Shown here: in pieces, positions 8,272 to 17,812 of the stretch
Layout: each line of letters starts with the position of its first letter
Numbering within the stretch: position 1 is the first letter of the stretch
From: Candidatus Aldehydirespiratoraceae bacterium
Lineage (GTDB): Bacteria > Actinomycetota > Acidimicrobiia > Acidimicrobiales > Aldehydirespiratoraceae
DNA length: 64,000 nucleotides
Reading direction: 5' to 3'
Assembly: GCA_965198315.1 (NCBI GenBank)
Contig: OZ240616.1
Coordinates: 2,536,351 to 2,600,350 of the forward strand
Program-made: the position numbers and the translations under genes
The notes under the pieces: generated by a model
Database searches by the model: none
Told to the model about the DNA's origin: nothing
The model's input: only the letters and a program-made list of their open reading frames with translations

Positions 8272-9498
8272 ATGAGTGATGTCACGCCTGCCGAAGAAGA
8301 TCTGCCTCTCATCATCTCTGTCGACGATCACGTGATGGAGCCGAAGGATCTCTGGCAGCAGCAGCTTCCCGCGAGCGTGCGAGATCGTGGGCCGAGGGTC
8401 GTTCAAGAGCGGATTCGACTCAAGTTCGAAGGGGGCCACTACGGCTTTGAGCGTCATGACCCGGACGGGCAGATGTGCGACGTGTGGCTATATGAGGACA
8501 GCGTCACTCCGACCGGTTTTCTGCATGGACCTGCCGGTGTCCCCCGCGAAGAACAGCGCAACGTGGCTGCGGTATACGAAGACTTGCGCCCGGGGACGTA
8601 TCGGCAGATCGATCGGCTGTCAGACATGGACCTCAATCATGTGGAGGCGGCAATCAACTATCCCAACATCTTCCCCCGCTTCTGTGGGCAGGGATTTCTT
8701 GAGCGTGACGACAAGGAACTCGCTCTCGAATGCCTCAAGATCTATAACGACTGGATCATCGATGATTGGGGCGGTGGCGCTGGCAAAGGCCGCCTGATCC
8801 CCTTGACATTGGTTCCTTTATGGGATCCGGAAATGTCTGCCGACGAAGTCCGGCGCTGTGCAGCCAAGGGAAGCTACGCCATTGCCTTTTCGGAGAACCC
8901 GTCAAAATTGGGCTGTGCGACCATGTACAGCGGTGAATGGGATGTCTTGTGGCAGGCATGTGAGGAGACAGAAACCACCGTTTCAATGCACATCGGTTCG
9001 TCTTCATCGATGCCTTCAACCTCGCCGGACGCGCCGTTGGCCACATCAATGTCGTTGTACGCCCAAAACGCCGAAGGTTCCATGGTCGACTGGGTATTTT
9101 CGGGAACGCTCGAGCGTTTCAAGAAAATCAAGATCGCCTATGCCGAGAGTCAGGTGGGGTGGATGCCGTTCCAGATGGAACGGATGGACTCGGTGTTCCG
9201 AGAAGGCCGTGGCGGTGTGGGCGGTGATGGGCCGCTGCCGAGTGAAATCGTCAAGGGCCGAGTGTTCGGCTGCATTTTCGACGATCTGGTAGGCCTCAAA
9301 CAGCGTGACGATGTTGGCATCGACCAGATTTTGTTCGAAACCGACTATCCGCATTCCGACGGTACCTTCCCGCACTCCCGCAAAGTGGCCCACAGCATGT
9401 TTGCAGCCACCAAGATGAACGCCGAGGAGTGTTACAAGGTGATGCGCGGCAACGCCATCCAGGCCTACGGATTGAAACGCTTCGGAATCACCGAGTAG
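8272..9498 (+). CDS. Amidohydrolase_2 (ACMSD-like) family metal-dependent hydrolase/decarboxylase
   Basis: ISVDDHVMEP (N-terminal metal ligands DxH) and FETDYPHSDGTFP (C-terminal D/H). Paralog of 19556..20752. Confidence 0.85.
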   Translation: MSDVTPAEEDLPLIISVDDHVMEPKDLWQQQLPASVRDRGPRVVQERIRLKFEGGHYGFERHDPDGQMCDVWLYEDSVTPTGFLHGPAGVPREEQRNVAAVYEDLRPGTYRQIDRLSDMDLNHVEAAINYPNIFPRFCGQGFLERDDKELALECLKIYNDWIIDDWGGGAGKGRLIPLTLVPLWDPEMSADEVRRCAAKGSYAIAFSENPSKLGCATMYSGEWDVLWQACEETETTVSMHIGSSSSMPSTSPDAPLATSMSLYAQNAEGSMVDWVFSGTLERFKKIKIAYAESQVGWMPFQMERMDSVFREGRGGVGGDGPLPSEIVKGRVFGCIFDDLVGLKQRDDVGIDQILFETDYPHSDGTFPHSRKVAHSMFAATKMNAEECYKVMRGNAIQAYGLKRFGITE

Positions 9499-10627
9499 AC
9501 GCCAGCGAAGCTGACCCGAGAGCAGCGAGTGGACTCGTGTAATCAAGCCCCTGAGCTTCGGCGACATGTTGCTCAGTCAACAATCCTCGGTGGGTGTGCA
9601 AGCCGTTGCGAAGATGTTCGTCGTCGAGCAGAGCGCACTCAAGTCCCTTCTCAGCTAGCGCCAGGGTGAAAGGAAGGGTTGCGTTGTTGAGTGCGTAGGT
9701 GGATGTTTGGGGAACCGCCCCAGGCATGTTGGCGACGCAGTAGTGGACGACATCATCGATGATATAGGTCGGTTCGGTATGAGTGGTGGGCCTCGATGTC
9801 GCGAAGCAACCCCCTTGGTCGATCGCTACGTCAACTAACACCGAACCGGGTTTCATGCGCTTGACTAGTTCGGGCCCTACCAGTTTTGGGGCGGTGGCAC
9901 CCTTGATCAGTACAGCACCAATTACCAGATCGGCGGCGAGCACCTGTTCTTCGAGGGCGGCGCCCGTTGAGTAGAGGGTCACCAAACCGTTTCCGAAGCG
10001 GCGGGAAAGCCGGTTGAGGACTGCAAGATTACGGTCCAGAACCGTGACTTGTGAGCCCATGCCGATGGCCATTTCGATGGCGTTCTCCCCCACGACTCCC
10101 CCGCCGAGGACGAGCGTTCGCGCGGGGGCGACCCCGGGTACCCCGCCGAGCAACCGTCCTGAACCGCCATTTGGGGCTTCGAGACAATGGGCACCGGCTT
10201 GAATTGACATGCGGCCCGCTACTTGGGACATGGGTGCCAGAAGAGGTAGTCCTCCGTCGTCGTCGGTGACAGTTTCATAGGCGATACAGGTTGCGCCGCT
10301 GGCGAGGAGTTCTTCGGTTTGTGCTGTGTCTGGGGCGAGATGGAGGTACGTGAACAGGACATGATCGGGACCCAACATGGCTCGTTCGGCAACCTGGGGT
10401 TCTTTGACTTTCACGATCAACTCTGATTCGGTGAAAACCGCCTCCGCTTCGGGGTCGATACGTGCTCCCGACGCCGAATAGTCGGCGTCAGAGGCACCGA
10501 TGCCATTTCCAGCACCACTCTGAACCAGAACCCGGTGACCGCGCATAGTGAGTTCTCGCACGCTTGTGGGGGTTAGACCCACTCGACGCTCGGCAATCTT
10601 GATCTCTGTGGGAACCCCGACACGCAT
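9488..10627 (-). CDS. ald: Alanine dehydrogenase
   Basis: MRVGVPTEIKIAERRVGLTP, KVKEP, NAD fold VLGGGVVG, DVAIDQGGC, YCVANMPGAVP. I chose the ATG at 10627. The ORF track's upstream extension to 10723 is not Ald-like. Confidence 0.9.
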   Translation of the reverse strand: MRVGVPTEIKIAERRVGLTPTSVRELTMRGHRVLVQSGAGNGIGASDADYSASGARIDPEAEAVFTESELIVKVKEPQVAERAMLGPDHVLFTYLHLAPDTAQTEELLASGATCIAYETVTDDDGGLPLLAPMSQVAGRMSIQAGAHCLEAPNGGSGRLLGGVPGVAPARTLVLGGGVVGENAIEMAIGMGSQVTVLDRNLAVLNRLSRRFGNGLVTLYSTGAALEEQVLAADLVIGAVLIKGATAPKLVGPELVKRMKPGSVLVDVAIDQGGCFATSRPTTHTEPTYIIDDVVHYCVANMPGAVPQTSTYALNNATLPFTLALAEKGLECALLDDEHLRNGLHTHRGLLTEQHVAEAQGLDYTSPLAALGSASLASTR

Positions 10628-10648
10628 TTTGGCTACCTCTGAGAACAG

Positions 10649-10683
10649 AATACGCGTGTCTTTGGAGAATGTGTATGCGTATT
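10649..10683. promoter_or_regulatory. Inverted repeat AATACGC-N21-GCGTATT in the ald/lrp divergent promoter region (candidate Lrp/AldR-type operator)
   Basis: The repeat arms were read at 10649-10655 and 10677-10683. The region is visibly AT-richer than its flanks. The function is inferred only. Confidence 0.3.
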
Positions 10684-10766
10684 GAGCGTCGATATGCCCT
10701 ATTAGCACAATATCCTGTTGCAATTCTTAGTATCTACAAGAGATAATTGTTCATAGGAGTCAGATT

Positions 10767-11237
10767 GTGTTAGATGAACTTGATGCCACCGATCGCGAAA
10801 TTTTGCGGGTCTTGCAGGTTGATGCCCGTATCACCAATGCAGCTCTCGCCGAGAAGGTCCACCTGTCTCCTTCGGCTTGCTTGCGGCGAGTGCGTCGCCT
10901 CGAAGAGCTCGGAGTGGTGACCGGTTATGTCGCGGTCCTCGACCGCAAGCTCATCGGGCGGGGCACCTCCGTCTTTGTTGAGATCGCCCTGACCAGTCAG
11001 CAGGAAGACCATCTCGACGCTTTCGAGGAGGCCGTCGCTGACGTCACAGAAATACTCAGCTGTCATCTGATGGCAGGCAACAGCGACTATCTCCTGCATG
11101 TCGCGGCGACCGATGTTGCCGACTACGAACGTATCCACAAGGCCTACCTGGCAAGACTCCCCCACGTCGGACAACTGCGTTCCAGTTTTGCCCTGCGCAC
11201 CGTCTGCGATCGCAAAGCCCACCGCTTCGGCAGTTGA
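10767..11237 (+). CDS. Lrp/AsnC family transcriptional regulator
   Basis: The N-terminal HTH LDATDREILRVLQVDARITNAALAEKVHLSPSACLRRVRRLEELGV is followed by a RAM/ACT-like domain. It is divergent from ald, like the AldR-ald arrangement. Confidence 0.9.
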   Translation: MLDELDATDREILRVLQVDARITNAALAEKVHLSPSACLRRVRRLEELGVVTGYVAVLDRKLIGRGTSVFVEIALTSQQEDHLDAFEEAVADVTEILSCHLMAGNSDYLLHVAATDVADYERIHKAYLARLPHVGQLRSSFALRTVCDRKAHRFGS

Positions 11238-11286
11238 ATCCCGCTGAGGCACCAACTCGCCGCGCAAGCCGATCCAGGTAGCGGGT

Positions 11287-14127
11287 TCAGGAACCACCAA
11301 TGTGGTACATCTCAGCGGCGGGTTTGAGGGGGCGGGCGTACCACAGCGGGCGGCGCAGACCTCCCGGGCCGGGCGCTGGGCGAGTCATTGAGAGCCACTC
11401 CCTGTAGGCCTCGCGGCTCTTGGCCGTGTCGACCACCACATCGCCGTACTGGTCGCCTGCTTCGGCGGGGGTGACACAGACTCGCTGGTGCCAACACTGC
11501 ATCCCGGAGATCGGATCTGGTTGCACCGAGAAAGTCAGGTTCTGGTGCACGCCGGTGTCCTTCCACCAGATGCGCTGACTGTCGGGATCCTCGGAATCGA
11601 AACGGCGGATCCCGTCGGTACGGGTCAGTTTCCAGGACTGGCCACCGTCGCTGTTGTCGATACGGTCGATCTCGGCTCTGCCCGTTCCCCACGAACGAGC
11701 CTTGTCCTCTTCGATACGCCAGCGACCCATGTGATGCGAAGCTGCAACCACACCCGGTCGGATTCCTTCAGTGCGCCAGGCTTGAATGACGAAATGGCCG
11801 ATGCGGGTGGAGATGCGCACCAAACCGTTCTCTTCGATTCCGAGTTTCTCGGCATCGCTCGGGTGAATCCACAAAGGATGTCGATGGCTGATCTCATTGA
11901 GCCACTTGGAGTTCGATGATCGGGTATGAATCAATGTCGGTATCCGAAAGGTCGGCAGAAGAATCCGCTCGTTGCCTTCGATGTCGAGGTCCTGATGGTG
12001 GACATGGGACTTGATCCAGGTGGGAGTTGCGTATTCGCGCCAGCCCCAATCTGCCAGCGTCGTCGAGAAGAGTTCCAGCTTCTTTGACGGCGTGGGAAAG
12101 CCTTCTTTGACTTCGCCATCTACTTCGACAGCCGGTGACCCCTCGCCCAGGTCTGCCAGAGTGATCTCGCTGAGATGGTCTGGGTTGCCGTCCCAGGTAC
12201 CTATGGTCCCGGGCTTGCGAAACACCTGATCATCGCCCTTGATGCAATCCGCGATGCCCTCTGGGGTGACGATCCGCTCATAGGGCGTCACCATGTCACC
12301 CGGCACCGCGAATGCACCGACGTCGCGCATGTATTCGAGCGGCGACTTGCCGGCCTCAGCAGCAGCTTCGGCTAGTCCGGGCACCGACTCGGCGAACATG
12401 GTTCCGTAGTACTCGTCGACCGATATCGGCGTGCCGGGGTTGGTGTCGGACTCGAACCACTGCCGGATTCCCCGGGTTCCGTCAGGGTCGATGTGCCAGG
12501 AGAGGTCGATCCAGAACTCATTCTCCTCTGACACTTCACCGGGGTTGAACTCGTGGCTGCGAGCCTTCGGCCCCAAAGACTCACCGCGGATCTCTGCGTA
12601 ACGACGCATGACTGGTTGGCGAAAGCCGATCCAGCGACCGTTGTGGGTCTCGAAGGAGGCCACGTCGTGTCGTTCGGTGCCTACGCCCATGGGCAGCACA
12701 TAGTCGGCATACCAAGCGGTTTCGGACCAGGTAGGGGTGAGCGCTACATGGCAGCGCACCTTTGACTCATCAGTCAGGGCCTCCAGCCAGCTGAACCCGT
12801 CCGGATTGGTCCAGATGGGGTTGTAGACACGGCTGAAGTAGACATCGAGAGTTCCCCGCCCCTCGTTGAGGAAGTGCGGCAGCAGGATCGACATCTCGTG
12901 GTGCGACAACGGATATTCCCGAGGCCACAACAACTCGTTCCACTGGTGCAGCGGTGGAGCACCCTTCGGTTGGGCCGGCTTGAACTTGTTCCAACCGTTG
13001 CCGCTCGTTCCTCCGACCGTGGCCACTGAACCGGTCAAGACGTTGAGGAAGAACAGGCAACGTGCAGTTTGCCAACCGCCGAGGTTGCCTGCGGCTGCGG
13101 CTCGCCAGTTGTGCGAGGCGAGCTTGGTCGGGTGCGCACCGATGATCTGCGCGATCTCACGCAGTTGCTCTGCGTCAACACCACAGATCTCTTCTGCTGC
13201 TTCGGGGGTGTATTCGCGATATGCGTCCAGCAAGGCGACTTCGAGCGAATCGAACTCCAGTTGCAGATCCGGGCGGGTCTCGCGCAGGTAGGTCTCCCAG
13301 TTGACCCAACGACGCACGAACTCACGCTCCCAGGTGCCGTTCTCGATCAACAGACGGGCGATCGTCAACAACAAGACGGGTTCCGTGCCAGGCCAGGCAG
13401 CCAGCCAGTAGTCGGCTTTGGCACCGGTGTTCGAGAGCCTCGGGTCGACACAGATTACCGTCGCGCCCTTTGTCTGAGCCTCGATGATCCGTTGGGCATG
13501 AGGGTTGAAATAGTGGCCGGCCTCGAGGTGCGACGAGATCAAGAAGATCACTTCGGCGTTGGCGAAGTCTGATGACGGACGGTCGTGGCCCATCCATGAC
13601 TGGTAGCCGATACGGGCATTTGAAGAACAGATGTTGGTATGGCTGTTGTGCCCGTCTACACCCCATGCTTTCAGAACACGATCTGCATAGCCGTCCTCAC
13701 CGGGACGCCCCACGTGATACATCACGCTGTTGTGACGGCCCTCGTCGAGCGCGGTAGCGATGCGTGCTCCTATGTCGCTGAGTGCTTCATCCCAGGACAC
13801 CCGCTCCCATTGCCCTGACCCCCGCGCTCCAACCCGACGCATCGGGTGAAGAATCCGTTCGGTGTCGTTGACCTGATTGAGAGTTGCGGGTCCTTTGGCG
13901 CAATTGCGACCCCGACTGGCCGGATGGAGAGGATTGCCCTCGATCTTGTCTATCTGGTTGGTCTCGTGGTTGACATGGGCGAGCAGACCACAGGCCGCTT
14001 CACAATTGAAACAAGTCGTGGGTATGAGGCTGTGGTGGCGTTCTACGCGGTTCGGCCAAGCTTTGGCGTCCAATGAGGTGTGATCGTGCCACTCCTCGTG
14101 GGGTGGGTATTGCTTCAGGTCGGTCAT
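11287..14127 (-). CDS. Molybdopterin (bis-MGD) oxidoreductase catalytic subunit, no Tat signal
   Basis: 946 aa. N-terminal FeS0 motif CFNCEAACGLL...C(N)AKG, and DMSO-reductase-family length and layout. There is no twin-arginine leader in MTDLKQYPPHEEWHDH... Confidence 0.85.
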   Translation of the reverse strand: MTDLKQYPPHEEWHDHTSLDAKAWPNRVERHHSLIPTTCFNCEAACGLLAHVNHETNQIDKIEGNPLHPASRGRNCAKGPATLNQVNDTERILHPMRRVGARGSGQWERVSWDEALSDIGARIATALDEGRHNSVMYHVGRPGEDGYADRVLKAWGVDGHNSHTNICSSNARIGYQSWMGHDRPSSDFANAEVIFLISSHLEAGHYFNPHAQRIIEAQTKGATVICVDPRLSNTGAKADYWLAAWPGTEPVLLLTIARLLIENGTWEREFVRRWVNWETYLRETRPDLQLEFDSLEVALLDAYREYTPEAAEEICGVDAEQLREIAQIIGAHPTKLASHNWRAAAAGNLGGWQTARCLFFLNVLTGSVATVGGTSGNGWNKFKPAQPKGAPPLHQWNELLWPREYPLSHHEMSILLPHFLNEGRGTLDVYFSRVYNPIWTNPDGFSWLEALTDESKVRCHVALTPTWSETAWYADYVLPMGVGTERHDVASFETHNGRWIGFRQPVMRRYAEIRGESLGPKARSHEFNPGEVSEENEFWIDLSWHIDPDGTRGIRQWFESDTNPGTPISVDEYYGTMFAESVPGLAEAAAEAGKSPLEYMRDVGAFAVPGDMVTPYERIVTPEGIADCIKGDDQVFRKPGTIGTWDGNPDHLSEITLADLGEGSPAVEVDGEVKEGFPTPSKKLELFSTTLADWGWREYATPTWIKSHVHHQDLDIEGNERILLPTFRIPTLIHTRSSNSKWLNEISHRHPLWIHPSDAEKLGIEENGLVRISTRIGHFVIQAWRTEGIRPGVVAASHHMGRWRIEEDKARSWGTGRAEIDRIDNSDGGQSWKLTRTDGIRRFDSEDPDSQRIWWKDTGVHQNLTFSVQPDPISGMQCWHQRVCVTPAEAGDQYGDVVVDTAKSREAYREWLSMTRPAPGPGGLRRPLWYARPLKPAAEMYHIGGS

Positions 14128-14144
14128 AGCAATCGGCTCGGCTC

Positions 14145-15656
14145 CTAGGAGAGCGGCACAGACTGGCCGGCGCGGACAAAGGAGTCTTCATAGGCCCACA
14201 TCCCGGCGATGGCGGAGACACCCGCGGCGGCCACCAGCGCTGAACCGGAGCCGGTGGCCAAAGCGAGAATCAGCACACATCCAGGCACGAAGAGGCCCAC
14301 CAACACGCCGAACCAGAAGCGGTCACGGTAGGTGCCCTTGACCATCTGGTGAACAGCGGCCTCGACATGGGGAGTCCCCTTGGAGGTCGCCTCCAGCGTG
14401 ATCAGAGCCGCAGTGACACATACTCCGGCGAGGAAAGCCCAGCGAATCGCATCGATTTCGGGGACCTCGACAAACAGGTCGATGATCGAATAGCCAGCAC
14501 CCCCCGCGGTCACCGCTTGTGCCAACAGGGTCGGCAACAACAGTGGCGTCTGCCAGAGATCCCGTCCTTCGCACTGTCCGAACAACAAAGCGGTGTAGCC
14601 GGCTGTAGCCGCGGCGCAGAGCACGACCGGGATTGAAAGCACTCTGAGGATGTCGGGGGCCTCGGCAATTCCGGCAATCCACCAGGCCGCGGTCAGCGCG
14701 GCGAAAGCAGCGAGCACATAGGCACCTTTCACCAGCCAGGAATCCCAGCTTCCTTTGGTGATCAGGTAATGGAAGCGGCCTGGTTGTTTGAGGTCCGCTA
14801 TGAGCAGCACCCCGGTGACAGCCAGAAAGAATCCCGCAATCATCGGCGGTACGACACCCACCGCCGTGGTTTCGGCGCTATGTCCCAGCAGCACCAACAA
14901 CGTGGCCAGCGCCATCACACCAGCGGCTATCGCCTTGGTGACCAAGTAAGCCGAAACCTTGGTGGTCCAGGCCATTTGATGCGATGTGGTGTAGGTGGTC
15001 CGGGCCACAACACCGCTGCTGTCGGGTGGCACACTCGGGTGGTTCGGGGTGGTGTCGGCCCAGATCATCCCGTCGTTGGCAATGGCGGTGCGCAACGGAT
15101 TGAGGGAGGCCTGATCTGCTCCTAGGTAATAGACCTTGGGGTTGGTGCCCTGCTCTGGAGCGCGCACTGCCACGTCTTGGCGAGCGATGATCTTGGTTGT
15201 TTGGTCCAAAGGATCGTCTAAGTCAGCGACTTTGATGGCGTGGGTTGGACAGACGACCACGCAGGACGGTTCGAGTCCCTCTTCGATGCGGTGGTTGCAG
15301 AAGTTGCATTTGTGTGCGGTGTTGGTGGCGGGGTTGATGTAGAGGGCGTCGTAAGGGCAGGCGTTCATGCATCCCTTGCAACCGATGCAGTTGTCGTCGT
15401 TGAAGTCGACGACTCCGTTGTCGGCACGAAACAGTGCATTGGTGGGACAGATCGAGATGCAGGGCGCATCATCGCATTGGTTGCAACGCATCACCGAGAA
15501 ATGACGGCTGGTGTTCGGGAAGGAACCGGTCTCTATGTATTTCACCCAGGTGCGGTTGACGCCGAGGGGAACGTCGTGCTCACTCTTGCAGGCCACGGTG
15601 CAGGCGTGGCAGCCGATACAAGAGTCGCTGTCTAAGAGGAATCCGAGCCTGGTCAC
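14145..15656 (-). CDS. Fusion of a 4Fe-4S ferredoxin-type subunit (PsrB/DmsB/SoeB-like) with an about 8-helix NrfD/PsrC-like membrane anchor
   Basis: Residues 1-190 carry four Cys clusters (CIGCHACTVAC, CNQCDDAPC, CIGCKGCMNAC, CNFC...C..VCP). From about residue 230 I count eight hydrophobic helices. The gene ends 17 nt before the catalytic subunit gene. Confidence 0.8.
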   Translation of the reverse strand: MTRLGFLLDSDSCIGCHACTVACKSEHDVPLGVNRTWVKYIETGSFPNTSRHFSVMRCNQCDDAPCISICPTNALFRADNGVVDFNDDNCIGCKGCMNACPYDALYINPATNTAHKCNFCNHRIEEGLEPSCVVVCPTHAIKVADLDDPLDQTTKIIARQDVAVRAPEQGTNPKVYYLGADQASLNPLRTAIANDGMIWADTTPNHPSVPPDSSGVVARTTYTTSHQMAWTTKVSAYLVTKAIAAGVMALATLLVLLGHSAETTAVGVVPPMIAGFFLAVTGVLLIADLKQPGRFHYLITKGSWDSWLVKGAYVLAAFAALTAAWWIAGIAEAPDILRVLSIPVVLCAAATAGYTALLFGQCEGRDLWQTPLLLPTLLAQAVTAGGAGYSIIDLFVEVPEIDAIRWAFLAGVCVTAALITLEATSKGTPHVEAAVHQMVKGTYRDRFWFGVLVGLFVPGCVLILALATGSGSALVAAAGVSAIAGMWAYEDSFVRAGQSVPLS

Positions 15657-15685
15657 ATGCTTCTTTCAAGGGGTCGAAGTTGAAT

Positions 15686-15700
15686 GTTAGACACTCTAAC
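15686..15700. promoter_or_regulatory. Palindrome GTTAGA-cac-TCTAAC upstream of the Mo-oxidoreductase operon
   Basis: A perfect 6-3-6 inverted repeat lies 30 nt upstream of the 15656 start codon on the minus strand. The operator role is inferred. Confidence 0.3.
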
Positions 15701-15723
15701 TGTACACAGAGATTAGCTTTGCG

Positions 15724-16557
15724 TTAGCTGGGGAAGTTCACGTCAACTGTGACTGACTCCCATTGATCGATCGAGGCGTTCATGTCTCGTAGTTTTTCGC
15801 GGGTTGCTTGCAAGACATCCTGCCCAAGTAGCAGACGAAGCGGCGGGTCGCTGAGTGCTGCCACCATAACCACTGCGTCGGCAACCTTGCGGGGATCACC
15901 CGGAAGATGGTCTGCAAAGGCTTTGATCAGTTCCTTGCGCGCTCCCACATTGTCGGCATAGTCGTCTATCGGTGTCGCCGTTTCACGCATTGATCTCGAA
16001 CCCCAGTCGGTGCGAAACGCACCCGGTTCGATAGCGGTCACCCTGATTCCGAGTGGGCCCACTTCCTTCGCAAGAGCCTCAGTGAGCGCCTCAAGGGCAA
16101 ACTTGGTTGAGCTGTAGTAGGCGTTTGGAGGGTTGGCGACGAGGCCCGTCATTGAGGAGATGTTGATGACATGCCCACTGCGCTGTTCCCGCATGATTGG
16201 AAGCACTGCTTTCAAGGTGTCGACGACTCCGAAATAGTTGGTGTCAAAGAGCCTCCTGACCTCGTGATCCTCCCCTTCTTCAACAGCGGACATGTAGCCG
16301 TAACCGGCGTTGTTCACCAACACATCGATCCCCCCGTAAGCGTCGGTGGTCATCTGTACCGCGTCGGCGATCTGTTGCTGGTCCGTGACGTCAAGAGTCA
16401 ATGCGATAGCCCGTTCGTTTGCGGCTGCAATGTCGGCAATCGTCTCCGGTCGGCGAGCCGTGGCAGCGACTTCGTGTCCTGCGGCCAACGCGGCAAGTGC
16501 TGTCTGGCGGCCGATGCCGCTGGAGCAACCGGTGATTAGCCATCGAGTCATGCTCAC
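15724..16557 (-). CDS. SDR family oxidoreductase (classical short-chain dehydrogenase)
   Basis: TGCSSGIG cofactor motif, NNAG, and catalytic S...YxxxK (YSSTKFA). Confidence 0.85.
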   Translation of the reverse strand: MSMTRWLITGCSSGIGRQTALAALAAGHEVAATARRPETIADIAAANERAIALTLDVTDQQQIADAVQMTTDAYGGIDVLVNNAGYGYMSAVEEGEDHEVRRLFDTNYFGVVDTLKAVLPIMREQRSGHVINISSMTGLVANPPNAYYSSTKFALEALTEALAKEVGPLGIRVTAIEPGAFRTDWGSRSMRETATPIDDYADNVGARKELIKAFADHLPGDPRKVADAVVMVAALSDPPLRLLLGQDVLQATREKLRDMNASIDQWESVTVDVNFPS

Positions 16558-17801
16558 ACCGCAACTTCGGGAAGGCGACGTAAATAACCTGCCCGTCTAG
16601 TGGTCAATTGCGTAGCTCGTGAGTCGGTGTCGACGAATACCGTTCCCTCGGGTAGCACAGAATCGAGTTCGTCGAGTTTCACGACCTCTCCCGACGCGGC
16701 GAGATCTTCGCGGGGACCGCCCTCGGGGAACTCTGCCATGCGCAGGGTGAGTATGCCTTCGTCGAGACCACAGGTGTTGACCCAGTTATGGACCCCTGGG
16801 TCGGTTTCGCTCAAGACGTAGGTGTAGGTACCGTCGGGGTTGGGCACCGACTGGGCTTTGTTGAGGCTCGCCGTTCGGTCGACGATGCCCATGGTGGTGC
16901 CCCAGATGTTCGACAGTGGCACAGTGAAGTACTCCGCTCCCCCGTCGCTCACGGTCACCACGAACGCTTCGTCGTCGGCCAACTCGAAACGTCCTCCTAC
17001 ATACACCTGATTGCGCAAGGCTCCTGTGTGTTCAGCTGACCAGGCAAGCGCGAAGTGGTTGACCGGCATGCGGTAAGTGCCTCGGCTCATTCGACGGGTG
17101 AAGTTGGCGTAGTGGGCCATGAAGTCCGCGGTCAACTGGGCTTGCTCGTCAATTGTCCGTGCCGGTGCTGCCGCTTGGTTGCCAAGCCTCTCAATTCTCA
17201 GATGGTTGGGGTCGTCGAGATTCCAGTCGAGCATCACGTCGCGTATATAGAACTCATGAGCCTCTGGAGCGGACTGAACATGGTTCGGGCGGCCGTTGGC
17301 ACGAGACGAGTCAACGGTGATCGTGAAGGAACCGTCAGAGTCGACATCCATTGTGCGGCCGTTGAGCACATCAACGGTCCCCATCTTGTCGTCCCACAGC
17401 GTGAAGTAGTTCTCGGTCATCCGGTTGCGACCGACACGCCCGGTAATCCGGTATTTCTCATCACCCGATATCGGTATCACCCGATAGATCGAGTCCGGAT
17501 TGTCGATCCCCCAACGAGAACCAGGGATCTCATGGCCCTCAACGGTGTGGGCCAGACGGGTGATACAGGTGACCTTCGGACGCAGAGGATCTTGGTTGGA
17601 GGACCAGATTGCGGCGCTGAACATAACCTCACGAAAAGCCCAATCGAAACACTCGCGCATCACCTCGGAAGGTTCGGCCAGGTCCAGCCACCGAGCCGCC
17701 ACTCGTCGGTACGCCTCGGTGACCGTCGGGTGAGCAATCAACTCCAACGCCGCGAGTTCATGGGCGTGCTGTTGGGCAGTGGCCACGGGATGCTCTGGCA
17801 T
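16554..17801 (-). CDS. Hypothetical protein, DUF1214-like C-terminal region
   Basis: 415 aa. The stop overlaps the SDR start (4 nt). The string PNPDGTYTYVLSETDPGVHNWVNT resembles the DUF1214 signature. This assignment is weak. Confidence 0.5.
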   Translation of the reverse strand: MPEHPVATAQQHAHELAALELIAHPTVTEAYRRVAARWLDLAEPSEVMRECFDWAFREVMFSAAIWSSNQDPLRPKVTCITRLAHTVEGHEIPGSRWGIDNPDSIYRVIPISGDEKYRITGRVGRNRMTENYFTLWDDKMGTVDVLNGRTMDVDSDGSFTITVDSSRANGRPNHVQSAPEAHEFYIRDVMLDWNLDDPNHLRIERLGNQAAAPARTIDEQAQLTADFMAHYANFTRRMSRGTYRMPVNHFALAWSAEHTGALRNQVYVGGRFELADDEAFVVTVSDGGAEYFTVPLSNIWGTTMGIVDRTASLNKAQSVPNPDGTYTYVLSETDPGVHNWVNTCGLDEGILTLRMAEFPEGGPREDLAASGEVVKLDELDSVLPEGTVFVDTDSRATQLTTRRAGYLRRLPEVAV

Positions 17802-17812
17802 AGGCCGAGACG

